Positions 9,034 to 17,810 are shown, numbered from the stretch's first letter. The stretch is 32,000 nt of DNA from Bacillus subtilis subsp. subtilis str. 168 (GCF_000009045.1 NC_000964.3:810001-842000); one strand, 5' to 3'. Numbers and translations are program-made. The notes: generated from the letters alone by a model not told the origin.

Positions 9034-9181
9034 GTGTGTATGTCGATTCTTTTTCATATTCTTGCAAGCATCTGCGAGGGGGAGCTTAGTCGTTCACATT
9101 TTGCTTTCGCATCAATCTGCAATAGCAAAGTCTATGCGATTTTTTTACATCAGCAAAGATTTGTTCAATTTTTTCCTTTTA
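9034..9181 (-). pseudogene. Decayed 3' fragment of an IS transposase (IS1182-like C-terminal motif)
   Basis: Minus strand reads KEKIEQIFADVKKSHRLCYCRLMRKQNVND, then in another frame ADACKNMKKN. This resembles the RKEKIERVFADAKEKHGMRY...LTFACMNLKKLA C-terminal pattern recalled for IS1182-type transposases. Confidence 0.5.
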
Positions 9182-9310
9182 TGCCGAGTTTTTCTGAAAC
9201 AGATAATTGATGGTACTCAACCATTTTCTTTTGGTCAATAAAGTAATGTTTACTTATTAATTAAACACGCGAAAAAGCAAACGAAAACATAATTAAATTT
9301 TATATATTTA

Positions 9311-10531
9311 TTAAAAGCTTATATGTTTATTTACCTTTTTTTTGAATTGTAATTGAGAAAATCCATATATTGCGGACACTAATAAAAGAATACCTGCTGA
9401 AACATAAACTAAACGAACTCCAAGGAAATCTGAAATAGCCCCTATAGCCAGAATTGAAAACATAAAAATGAACTGTACTAAAGAAGACCTTGCAGACATT
9501 ATATTAATTCGAGTTTGCTCGGTTGTTATGTTCTGAATAAGTGTTTCTTGTGTAAGATCTCTTAATATATAAGCCGGCCCCATAAAGAGAACCAAAATTA
9601 GAGCTAAGTATGAATTACTTATAAAACCATATATTAAAGTTAAACTTCCATATGAGACAGCGCCAATTAACATAAAATTAATTAACTTATTTTGAAATCT
9701 CTCCGACAGCTTATATATTATAAATCCCCCTATCATCGAACCTAAATAATATGCTCCATTAATAAATCCCCACCATGATTCTCCTTTATGCAAGACTTCG
9801 TTAACGAAAGCTAAAGAGACAGATCCTATCCAAATCATTCCTGCCCATGACTCAATTAAATCCATAATAATAATTGTTCTAAGTTTCTTTTGGCTAAATA
9901 AATACCGCCAACCACTTACTATACTCTTATTGGGAGAATTTTTTTCACGTATGACAGAATTAGCGTGGCCATGTGGTAGACAAAATAAAAGAGAAAGAAG
10001 AGATGTAAACAACAAAAAGATAGTAAGTATAATGGTATATCCCTCACCTAAAAATGCAATTATGAGACCACCTAAAGACCAGCCTACAAATTGAAAAGTT
10101 TGGTCCACTGTAGATAATAATCCATTTGCTTTTACTCTTCTATCAGGAGAGATTATTTCCCCTATAATTGCACTTTTTAAAGGTGAGAACCATCCATTAA
10201 AAAAGGAAATACAGCTAATAATAATAAAGACTAAAATGAGAGTTTGATTAGAGTAAGTTCTTAATAAAGCATAGAACAAACATATTAATAACAGCATTTG
10301 TATCAATTGAGAAATAATTATTGTAAGAGGCAGTTTTAATCGAATTGTTATTAACGGTAATATAGCACTTCCAAAAATACGAAAAATAATACTTATTAAT
10401 GTCACCATAGAGGCGATGGTTGTCGAATTGGTCATTTTAAACAAAAACGAAATCACTACCATAGTATATAGAGAAAAACCTAAATTTGTAGTGGTCTGGC
10501 TAAATAAAATAGAATAATAACCTTTACTCAT
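9311..10531 (-). CDS. yfmI: MFS transporter, candidate exporter of the island
   Basis: 406 aa, about 12 hydrophobic segments, FRIFGSAILPLI and related MFS-like features; GGAGG just upstream of ATG 10531. Confidence 0.85.
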   Translation of the reverse strand: MSKGYYSILFSQTTTNLGFSLYTMVVISFLFKMTNSTTIASMVTLISIIFRIFGSAILPLITIRLKLPLTIIISQLIQMLLLICLFYALLRTYSNQTLILVFIIISCISFFNGWFSPLKSAIIGEIISPDRRVKANGLLSTVDQTFQFVGWSLGGLIIAFLGEGYTIILTIFLLFTSLLSLLFCLPHGHANSVIREKNSPNKSIVSGWRYLFSQKKLRTIIIMDLIESWAGMIWIGSVSLAFVNEVLHKGESWWGFINGAYYLGSMIGGFIIYKLSERFQNKLINFMLIGAVSYGSLTLIYGFISNSYLALILVLFMGPAYILRDLTQETLIQNITTEQTRINIMSARSSLVQFIFMFSILAIGAISDFLGVRLVYVSAGILLLVSAIYGFSQLQFKKKVNKHISF

Positions 10532-10599
10532 ATGTATCCTCCCTTGGAATAATTTTTCTCGGTAAAGAGCTTAAACATATTTAAACACCTTAAAACAAC

Positions 10600-10639
10600 A
10601 AAAGTAAAGAAAAAATTTCCTTGTAAACTATTTACTTTT
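10600..10639. repeat. 9-bp perfect inverted repeat in the divergent intergenic region, possible operator
   Basis: AAAAGTAAA (10600-10608) and TTTACTTTT (10631-10639). Confidence 0.35.
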
Positions 10640-10667
10640 ATTCTATTTATTGTTATTGTTTATTTAA

Positions 10668-10700
10668 GTTCTCTGACTATTCTATCAATATTCAGGGAAC
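10668..10700 (+). promoter_or_regulatory. Leader hairpin upstream of the 23-aa peptide ORF
   Basis: GTTCTCTGA ... TCAGGGAAC, 9-bp stem with one G-U pair and a 15-nt loop. Confidence 0.5.
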
Positions 10701-10728
10701 CACATATCTTATTAAAGGGGGGAAAACC

Positions 10729-10800
10729 ATGAGAAAATTAAGAAAAAACTGGAGAAAATCGATTGTTAGCCCGGTTCTTTATACTAATGAAAAATGGTAA
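10729..10800 (+). CDS. 23-aa basic peptide ORF, candidate precursor or leader peptide
   Basis: AAAGGGGGG RBS, ATG 10729, MRKLRKNWRKSIVSPVLYTNEKW, TAA 10798-10800. Located just upstream of the SUMF1-like gene and absent from the supplied track. Confidence 0.65.
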   Translation: MRKLRKNWRKSIVSPVLYTNEKW

Positions 10801-10809
10801 ACACTTAGG

Positions 10810-10833
10810 GAATAGCATTTAATGCTATTCCTT
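10810..10833 (+). repeat. Perfect hairpin between the peptide ORF and the SUMF1-like gene
   Basis: GGAATAGCATT-T-AATGCTATTCC followed by TTATTT; possible partial terminator, processing site or stabiliser. Confidence 0.65.
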
Positions 10834-10866
10834 ATTTCAACAAACAAATCGGGAGGTTATCGTAAT

Positions 10867-12330
10867 TTGACTCTATTAATGCAAGATCATAAATCAATTT
10901 ACAATAAAGATATAGAAATATTAATTGAAGTTGAAGAACTTATTACTTCTGTTCCAGAAAATAAAAAAAATGATTTTAAGAGTTTAATCGATAATAGAAT
11001 TATGACTCTACTAAATAAAATTCAACACCCTGTAGCAGCGGAAAATGTGTTTGGGATGTGTATTGCTTATCCGAATACTTACATAAGGTATAGATTAATT
11101 GATTTCGTTGAAAAATGGGTACCTTATTTCTCTGCTGTAGAAACTATAATCAATCTAACCCAGGATCCGGATGATTTAGTTTCTTTTAAAGCTATGGATG
11201 TCTGTGCAAATCATAAAATTGAAGAATCTGTAGCATATTTGTCTTCGATTATTGATGATGTCCGGGAGAGTATAAGCTACCCTAAAAAACCTGTGGGATT
11301 AGGGGCCCAAAAAGTATTAAGTACATTATTAGATATATTCGGTGTTGAAAAACATGAAGAGCTAGTAATGCTAAAAAATTATTTTGATCAAAATGGTATA
11401 CTTCCTAATAACTTTGACTTTGAAGAAAAAATTCCTCAAAGTCTAATAGAGGAATTCGAAAAAACAGAAGAAGATGGGATGATTTTAATTCCGGGTGGCT
11501 TTTTTGAATTCGGTTTAAATGAAAATGAAATTCCTGACAAAACATTTAATTGGAAAGATGCTGTTCCTAGACAAAAAGTATGGTTACCTCCATTTTTTAT
11601 CGATAAGTATCCTGTTACAAATAAAGATTATGATATCTTTACCGAGTTCATAGAGGAAAATGGGCATATATTCTGTCATCCTAATGAACCGCAGAATAAA
11701 CAACATAGAAGAAATACATATTGGGATGATAGGTATTTAGATAATCATCCCGTTACAGGTATAGATTTTTATGATGCATTTGCTTACGCAAGATATAAGG
11801 GGAAAGAATTGCCAACCGAGTTTCAATGGGAAAAAGCTGCTCGAGGCGAAAAGGGTAATGTCTGGCCTTGGGGAGATAAATTTGATCCTGCAAAGGTTCA
11901 ATATGCTGGAAGTCTTTATAATGAACCCATTACTTCTTTAAAGTCCTGGAGAGAAAATTTATTAAAAGCTCATGCTGATAAAGAATTAAATCATTTAACA
12001 AGTGATATTTTTGAACAAAATGGTGAAAGTCCCTATGGAGTATGCGGTATGATCGGCGGAACATGGGAGTGGACTAGAAGTGAGCTTAAAACAAAGAGAG
12101 CTTTCCACCCTATTTTTGAGAATGTACCATTTAATAGTGTTAACTCATTTGCCGTTCTTAAAGGAGGATCATTCTTCTCTCATCCAGGCTTAATGTTCCC
12201 TTCTTTTAGAGCAAAAGATATTCCTTTCTGTCGACACAATGAAATGGGGATTAGATGCGTAAAGAATATTCCAGTATATAAAATTAGAGAATCAATTAAT
12301 GGGCCAATTACTAATAAAGCAATTTATTAA
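10867..12330 (+). CDS. yfmG: SUMF1/formylglycine-generating-enzyme-like (EgtB/PvdO superfamily fold) protein with a helical-repeat-like N-terminus
   Basis: MILIPGGFFEFG, FFIDKYPVTNKDYDIF, LPTEFQWEKAARGEKGNVWPWG, GVCGMIGGTWEWTRS, VLKGGSFFSH, MGIRCVK. TTG 10867 is preferred to the track start at 10822 because GGGAGG lies at 10851-10856. Confidence 0.85.
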   Translation: MTLLMQDHKSIYNKDIEILIEVEELITSVPENKKNDFKSLIDNRIMTLLNKIQHPVAAENVFGMCIAYPNTYIRYRLIDFVEKWVPYFSAVETIINLTQDPDDLVSFKAMDVCANHKIEESVAYLSSIIDDVRESISYPKKPVGLGAQKVLSTLLDIFGVEKHEELVMLKNYFDQNGILPNNFDFEEKIPQSLIEEFEKTEEDGMILIPGGFFEFGLNENEIPDKTFNWKDAVPRQKVWLPPFFIDKYPVTNKDYDIFTEFIEENGHIFCHPNEPQNKQHRRNTYWDDRYLDNHPVTGIDFYDAFAYARYKGKELPTEFQWEKAARGEKGNVWPWGDKFDPAKVQYAGSLYNEPITSLKSWRENLLKAHADKELNHLTSDIFEQNGESPYGVCGMIGGTWEWTRSELKTKRAFHPIFENVPFNSVNSFAVLKGGSFFSHPGLMFPSFRAKDIPFCRHNEMGIRCVKNIPVYKIRESINGPITNKAIY

Positions 12331-12386
12331 TCATTCTAGGTTAGAGACTTGATAAAAGTATACTAACATTGTGTAGTAATGTTCAG

Positions 12387-12425
12387 CTTGTAGAAAAAAC
12401 AATGTTTTTTCTACAAGATTTTATT
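12387..12425 (+). terminator. Rho-independent terminator
   Basis: CTTGTAGAAAAAA-caatg-TTTTTTCTACAAG followed by ATTTTATTTT. Confidence 0.85.
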
Positions 12426-12549
12426 TTAAATGCTTTTCAAAATTATCAGGGATTGAGAATCAGAAAAAGAGCCATTAAGCTCGATCTTAGCTAGGTATTA
12501 CGATCTTCTGTATATTATTGTGAGAAATATAGAAGATTCAGTTAGTTAG

Positions 12550-12660
12550 CATTTCGATTTTAAGCTGAGCCTGCAATAGCAAAGCATCTGTTTTGATTAT
12601 TCTTTTTCTGATACATAAGCTAATTTTGTCGCTTTTCTTTTTTGTCTTTTCACGCATTTC
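12550..12660 (-). pseudogene. Second decayed fragment related to the one at 9034-9181
   Basis: Shares CTTTGCTATTGCAG in the same (minus) orientation and encodes LCYCRL in one frame, as on the left side; wider alignment is imperfect. Confidence 0.35.
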
Positions 12661-12859
12661 GAGGATGACTTACTATAATTCTTTCAGCTTTTCTATGTGT
12701 TAAGATTCGAATAGATGAAATAACTTTAACAAGTTGGTCAATAAGAACAGATTTAACTTTATGTTAAAAGAGTATCTCGTATAGAACATAAGAAGAATGA
12801 CGAGTTTTTTAAGATTATCATCAATTATGTGAGAATAAAATATTATAAGGGAAAATGAA

Positions 12860-12882
12860 GGCTGTCACGTTTCTCGACAGCC
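12860..12882 (-). terminator. Terminator for the yfmCDEF operon
   Basis: GGCTGTC...GACAGCC stem downstream of the minus-strand operon. Confidence 0.6.
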
Positions 12883-12902
12883 CTAGGGAATTCCTCTCCT
12901 TT

Positions 12903-13703
12903 TCATTTCGCCCGTAATTTCGGGCACAGTCCCGTCGGCAGGCACATTGGCTTCTGGTCGATCGGGCTTCTCATGATGCAGCATTCCAAGCCGAAGACTT
13001 CACGGAAAAATGGCTGGGTGAACACATCTTCCGGTGTTCCGGCGTTGTATATTTTTCCGTCCAGCACACTGATCAGATAGTCAGCATATTGAGCGGCTTG
13101 GTTTAAATCATGGAGCACCATGACAACGGTGCGGCCATGGTCGCGGTTCAGCTTTTTCAGCAGTTCAAGCACTTCAATCTGATGTGAGATGTCTAAATAC
13201 GTGGTCGGCTCATCAAGCAAAAGCAAATCAGTGCCTTGCGCAAGTGCCATGGAAATCCAGGCTCTTTGTCTTTGGCCGCCTGAGAGGGCATCAAGTGTCC
13301 GATCCTTCAGTTCAATCATGCCCGTTGCTTCCAGCGCCCACTCTACCATGTCATGATCCTCTTGGGTATGCTTGGATAACAGCTTTTTGTGAGGATGTCT
13401 GCCAAAATAGCATAATTCCTCTACCGTCAATCCTTCAGGAGCCTGAGGAGATTGTGGAAGAATGGCCAGTTTTTTTGCGACTTCTTTTGATGGCTGGCGG
13501 TGGATGTCTTTTCCTTCTAGTAGCACTGTACCGCTTTTTGGGGCCATCAGCCTGGCGAGCGATTTGAGGATTGTTGATTTACCGCAGCCATTAGCGCCGA
13601 TGAGCGCAGTGATTTTTCCTTCTTCTATCTTTAAGTCGACTCCGTCAATAATCACTGTACTGTCATATGAAAGAGTGAGCTGGTCTGCAGCCAGTTTTCC
13701 CAT
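12903..13703 (-). CDS. yfmF: Iron-siderophore (Fe-citrate-type) ABC transporter ATPase
   Basis: [50 protein letters not shown]. Confidence 0.93.
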
Positions 13704-13715
13704 GGTATCCTCTCC

Positions 13716-14717
13716 CTACTGTTTCCTCGCTTCGAATTTCAATAAATATAAGAAATAAGGCGCGCCGATCACGGCTGTCAGTATTCCGGCAGGTATTTCA
13801 ACCGGAGGCATGATGCCGCGCCCTAACGTATCTGCAATTAATAATATAATAGCACCAATCAATGCCGATGCAGGCAGTAAATATTTAGCTTTTTCTCCGG
13901 TAAGCCGTCTGGCGATATGCGGAGCAAGCAAGCCGATAAAACCGATTGAGCCGACGACGGCTACACAGCTTCCCGCCAGCGCCACCGCGGTGAAAATCAG
14001 GATGAATCTCAGCCGGTTTGCGTTTTCTCCGAGACCCTGTGCAAGCTCATCCCCGAGTGACATAAGATCCAGCTTCGGTATGAGTATGCAGACGATCGGA
14101 AAAAGAATCAAAAGCCATGGCGCAAGCAGCTTGACTTCTTCCCAGTTTCTTCCCCAGAGGCTTCCTGTCAGCCAAATGAGTGCAGCATTCACGTCGCCTG
14201 GAAACTTGACCATCATATATTGCATTCCGGCGTGGCAGACCGCGCCTAAAGCAATGCCTGATAAAGCCAGTGAAGAGGGCTGAATGCTCTTTTTTCGGGC
14301 TATCATTAATAATAGTACAGCAATAATGGCGGCTCCGGCAAATGCGGAGAACGGAAGCACGTATACCGGCGACTCAGGAAAGATGAGAATCACAGCCATC
14401 GCCGCAAGTCCGGAGCCTTTTGAAATGCCGACAACGTCCGGGGAAGCGAGCGGATTTCGGATCACACCCTGTAAAATCGCTCCGGCAGCGGCAAGTCCAG
14501 CACCTGCCAAAATCGCTAATATAATGCGGGGAAGGCGATATTGCTGGATGATAAATTCAAAGGAATGATCCAGTCCCAGCAGATTCGTCACTACCGCATC
14601 AGGTGAAATGTATAATGCACCGATTCCAATGCTGATGACGGACAGAACGATTAAAATCACGGCCAATATGAGTATCGCCAGTAAGGGGCGTTTTTGTTTT
14701 CTGGTTGTTTTCTTCAT
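13716..14717 (-). CDS. yfmE: FecCD-family iron-siderophore permease
   Basis: LPRIILAILAGAGLAAAGAILQGVIRNPLASPDVVGISKG, typical FecCD/BtuC motif. Confidence 0.93.
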   Translation of the reverse strand: MKKTTRKQKRPLLAILILAVILIVLSVISIGIGALYISPDAVVTNLLGLDHSFEFIIQQYRLPRIILAILAGAGLAAAGAILQGVIRNPLASPDVVGISKGSGLAAMAVILIFPESPVYVLPFSAFAGAAIIAVLLLMIARKKSIQPSSLALSGIALGAVCHAGMQYMMVKFPGDVNAALIWLTGSLWGRNWEEVKLLAPWLLILFPIVCILIPKLDLMSLGDELAQGLGENANRLRFILIFTAVALAGSCVAVVGSIGFIGLLAPHIARRLTGEKAKYLLPASALIGAIILLIADTLGRGIMPPVEIPAGILTAVIGAPYFLYLLKFEARKQ

Positions 14718-15715
14718 TTCAGGTTTCGCCCTTTCCTTGCCAAATATAAGAAAAACGGCGTTCCGATAATCGCGGTGACAATGCCGACCGGTGATTCATA
14801 AGGAAATGCAATCCATCTGGCCAGAACATCTGCGTACACCAGCAAAATGGCACCGAACAGTGCCGAAAACGGAAGCACGTATTGATAATGTTCTCCGATC
14901 AGCTTGCGGACAATATGCGGGACGAGCAGCCCGACAAAGCCAATCGGCCCGGCGACGGCTACGGAAGCGCCGGAAAGAATTAAAATAATCAAACTGATCA
15001 GAATCCTGATGCCGTTCATATTTTGTCCAAGCCCTTTTGCTGTTTCGTCTCCGAGACCGAGAACAGAAACAGAACCGGAAAATACGAGGGCAAGCCCGAT
15101 GCCAATGACAGAAAAAGGAGCGATGGTTATGACGTCCTGCCAGTTGCTGCCGTCGATTGCGCCTGTCATCCAGTACAGAACATCCTCACCTGACTCATTT
15201 AAAATAATGATGGCCTGTGTCATAGAGGAGAGGAACAAGTGCACGGCCATTCCTGACAGCGCCAGCTTGACAGGCGTCATTCCGCCGGATGAGGCAATCA
15301 TATACACAATCGCGCCGCCTGCTGCCGCACCCGCAAAAGCGAATATAACAGATGAATAGGGCGATGCCGGCAGAATGACGAGAGAAGCAACAACAAAAAG
15401 CGATGCACCCGCATTCACACCGAAAATTTGGGGTGAAGCCAGAGGATTTCTGGTCATAGCCTGCATCAGCGCCCCTGCTACAGCTAGGCTGGCGCCGACA
15501 AAAACGCCGATTAATGTGCGGGGAAGGCGAAGAGTAGAGATGATGAGCTGTTCCTTTGAACCGTCCCATACAAAAAGATATTTCAATGAATCTATGATGC
15601 TGATGTCTGAGGCTCCTACTGAAAGATTCAGCCCAAGCCCAAATATAAAAATAATCAGTGCAATGATAAACATCATCAGTCTTGATGATGAGCGCCGTTT
15701 GGCTGAATGATACAA
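14714..15715 (-). CDS. yfmD: FecCD-family iron-siderophore permease
   Basis: LPRTLIGVFVGASLAVAGALMQAMTRNPLASPQIFG. A TTG start at 15715 is inferred from GGAAGTGAG upstream; 333 aa. Confidence 0.9.
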   Translation of the reverse strand: MYHSAKRRSSSRLMMFIIALIIFIFGLGLNLSVGASDISIIDSLKYLFVWDGSKEQLIISTLRLPRTLIGVFVGASLAVAGALMQAMTRNPLASPQIFGVNAGASLFVVASLVILPASPYSSVIFAFAGAAAGGAIVYMIASSGGMTPVKLALSGMAVHLFLSSMTQAIIILNESGEDVLYWMTGAIDGSNWQDVITIAPFSVIGIGLALVFSGSVSVLGLGDETAKGLGQNMNGIRILISLIILILSGASVAVAGPIGFVGLLVPHIVRKLIGEHYQYVLPFSALFGAILLVYADVLARWIAFPYESPVGIVTAIIGTPFFLYLARKGRNLK

Positions 15716-15786
15716 CAGTCTCACTTCCTTACTGCGTCTGGTTGCAAAAACGAAGAAGCAAGGATTCCCCTCGCTTCTCATTTGTC

Positions 15787-16734
15787 CTATTTATTATACA
15801 CTTTTTTAAGCACATCTTTGGCGCTTGTTTCACTAGACTTGATGCCTCTGAATCTTGTCCAAGTGTCACGGTCCGCATCATAGACTTGTCCATTTTTCAC
15901 CGCTTTGAGATTTTTCCAGAGCGGGTTCGTTTTCCACTCATCTACAATGGTTTTGCCTTCGTTGGCTGAGATGAACAAAATATCAGGATCGATTTTGCTC
16001 AATTGCTCAAGGCTGACCTCTTGATAGGCGTTATCTGACTTCACAGCGTGTGTAAAGCCTAGCATTTTAAAGATTTCTCCGTCATAGGATGATGATGTAT
16101 GAAGCTGGAAGGAATCCGCTCTTGCAACGCCGAGAACGATGTTGCGGTTTTCATCTTTCGGAAGTTCGGCTTTTAGATCGTTGATGACTTTTTTGTGCTC
16201 GGCAAGCTTTTCTTTTCCTTCATCTTCTTTATTTAATGCTTTAGCAATGGTCGTAAAGCTGTCGATCGTTTCGTCATATGTCGCTTCACGGCTTTTTAAT
16301 TCAATCGTCGGGGCGATTTTTTTCAGCTGTTTATAAATGTTTTTATGGCGCTCAGCGTCAGCGATGATTAAATCAGGCTTCAAGGAACTGATGACCTCAA
16401 GATTGGGTTCGCTGCGTGTGCCTACAGATGTGTAATCAATGGAGCTGCCGACAAGCTTTTTAATCATATCTTTTTTGTTGTCATCTGCGATGCCCACCGG
16501 CGTAATGCCGAGATTGTGAACGGCATCCAAGAATGAAAGCTCAAGCACAACCACCCGCTTAGGTGTGCCGCTTACTGTCGTTTTTCCTTCTTCGTCATGG
16601 ATCACTCTGGAATCCTTAGACTCGCTTTTGCCGCTTCCGTTGTTATTCTGGCTTGATGAACAGCCGGATACAATGAGGCAGGCGAGCAATAAAACACTCA
16701 TGATGGCAATCAACTTGTTAGAATAGGTGCGCAT
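15787..16734 (-). CDS. yfmC: Iron-siderophore substrate-binding lipoprotein
   Basis: MRTYSNKLIAIMSVLLLACLIVSGCSSS lipobox, FecB/PeripBP_2 motifs (GITPVGIADD, LEVISSLKPDLII). Confidence 0.92.
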   Translation of the reverse strand: MRTYSNKLIAIMSVLLLACLIVSGCSSSQNNNGSGKSESKDSRVIHDEEGKTTVSGTPKRVVVLELSFLDAVHNLGITPVGIADDNKKDMIKKLVGSSIDYTSVGTRSEPNLEVISSLKPDLIIADAERHKNIYKQLKKIAPTIELKSREATYDETIDSFTTIAKALNKEDEGKEKLAEHKKVINDLKAELPKDENRNIVLGVARADSFQLHTSSSYDGEIFKMLGFTHAVKSDNAYQEVSLEQLSKIDPDILFISANEGKTIVDEWKTNPLWKNLKAVKNGQVYDADRDTWTRFRGIKSSETSAKDVLKKVYNK

Positions 16735-16763
16735 GTCATTCTTCCTTTTTTCAGATTTAGTAA

Positions 16764-16778
16764 TGAGAATCATTATCA
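16764..16778 (-). promoter_or_regulatory. Fur box upstream of yfmC
   Basis: TGAGAATCATTATCA, one mismatch to the 7-1-7 TGATAATNATTATCA pattern. Confidence 0.85.
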
Positions 16779-16842
16779 CATGTAACACTATAATAGCATG
16801 GCTTATCATGTCAATATTTTTTTAGTAAAGAAAGCTGCGTTT

Positions 16843-17316
<474 letters not shown>

Positions 17317-17392
17317 CTATCACTTTACCATGGACGGAAAACAAATAGCTACTACCATTCCTCCTGTTTTTCTCTTCAATGTTCTGGAATCT

Positions 17393-17417
17393 GTTTCAGG
17401 TACAGACGATCGGGTAT
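17393..17417 (+). promoter_or_regulatory. Sigma-B-type promoter for yflT
   Basis: GTTTCA-N13-GGGTAT (17393-17398 and 17412-17417). Confidence 0.75.
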
Positions 17418-17454
17418 GAAAGAAATATAGAAAACATGAAGGAGGAATATCGAC

Positions 17455-17802
17455 ATGAAACCAGTTGTAAAAGAGTATACAAATGACGAACAGCTCATGA
17501 AAGATGTAGAGGAATTGCAGAAAATGGGTGTTGCGAAAGAGGATGTATACGTCTTAGCTCACGACGATGACAGAACGGAACGCCTGGCTGACAACACGAA
17601 CGCCAACACGATCGGAGCCAAAGAAACAGGTTTCAAGCACGCGGTGGGAAATATCTTCAATAAAAAAGGAGACGAGCTCCGCAATAAAATTCACGAAATC
17701 GGTTTTTCTGAAGATGAAGCCGCTCAATTTGAAAAACGCTTAGATGAAGGAAAAGTGCTTCTCTTTGTGACAGATAACGAAAAAGTGAAAGCTTGGGCAT
17801 AA
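17455..17802 (+). CDS. yflT: General stress protein, GSP17M/YflT-like
   Basis: 115 aa, EEYT-type N-terminus (VKEYTNDEQLMKDVEELQKMGVAKEDVYVLAHDDDRTERLAD), GGAGG upstream, preceded by a sigma-B-type promoter. Confidence 0.88.
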   Translation: MKPVVKEYTNDEQLMKDVEELQKMGVAKEDVYVLAHDDDRTERLADNTNANTIGAKETGFKHAVGNIFNKKGDELRNKIHEIGFSEDEAAQFEKRLDEGKVLLFVTDNEKVKAWA

Positions 17803-17810
17803 AGCAAGGA

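Noticed and set aside
12430-12900. Possible additional RNA gene or small ORF between the SUMF1-like gene and yfmF, including an imperfect hairpin at 12503-12540
   Set aside because: No promoter or conserved structure could be supported. It is better explained as transposase debris plus the yfmF terminator.
13184-15969. Multiple plus-strand ORFs antisense to yfmF/yfmE/yfmD/yfmC
   Set aside because: Mirror ORFs of GC-skewed transporter genes, without RBS or motif.
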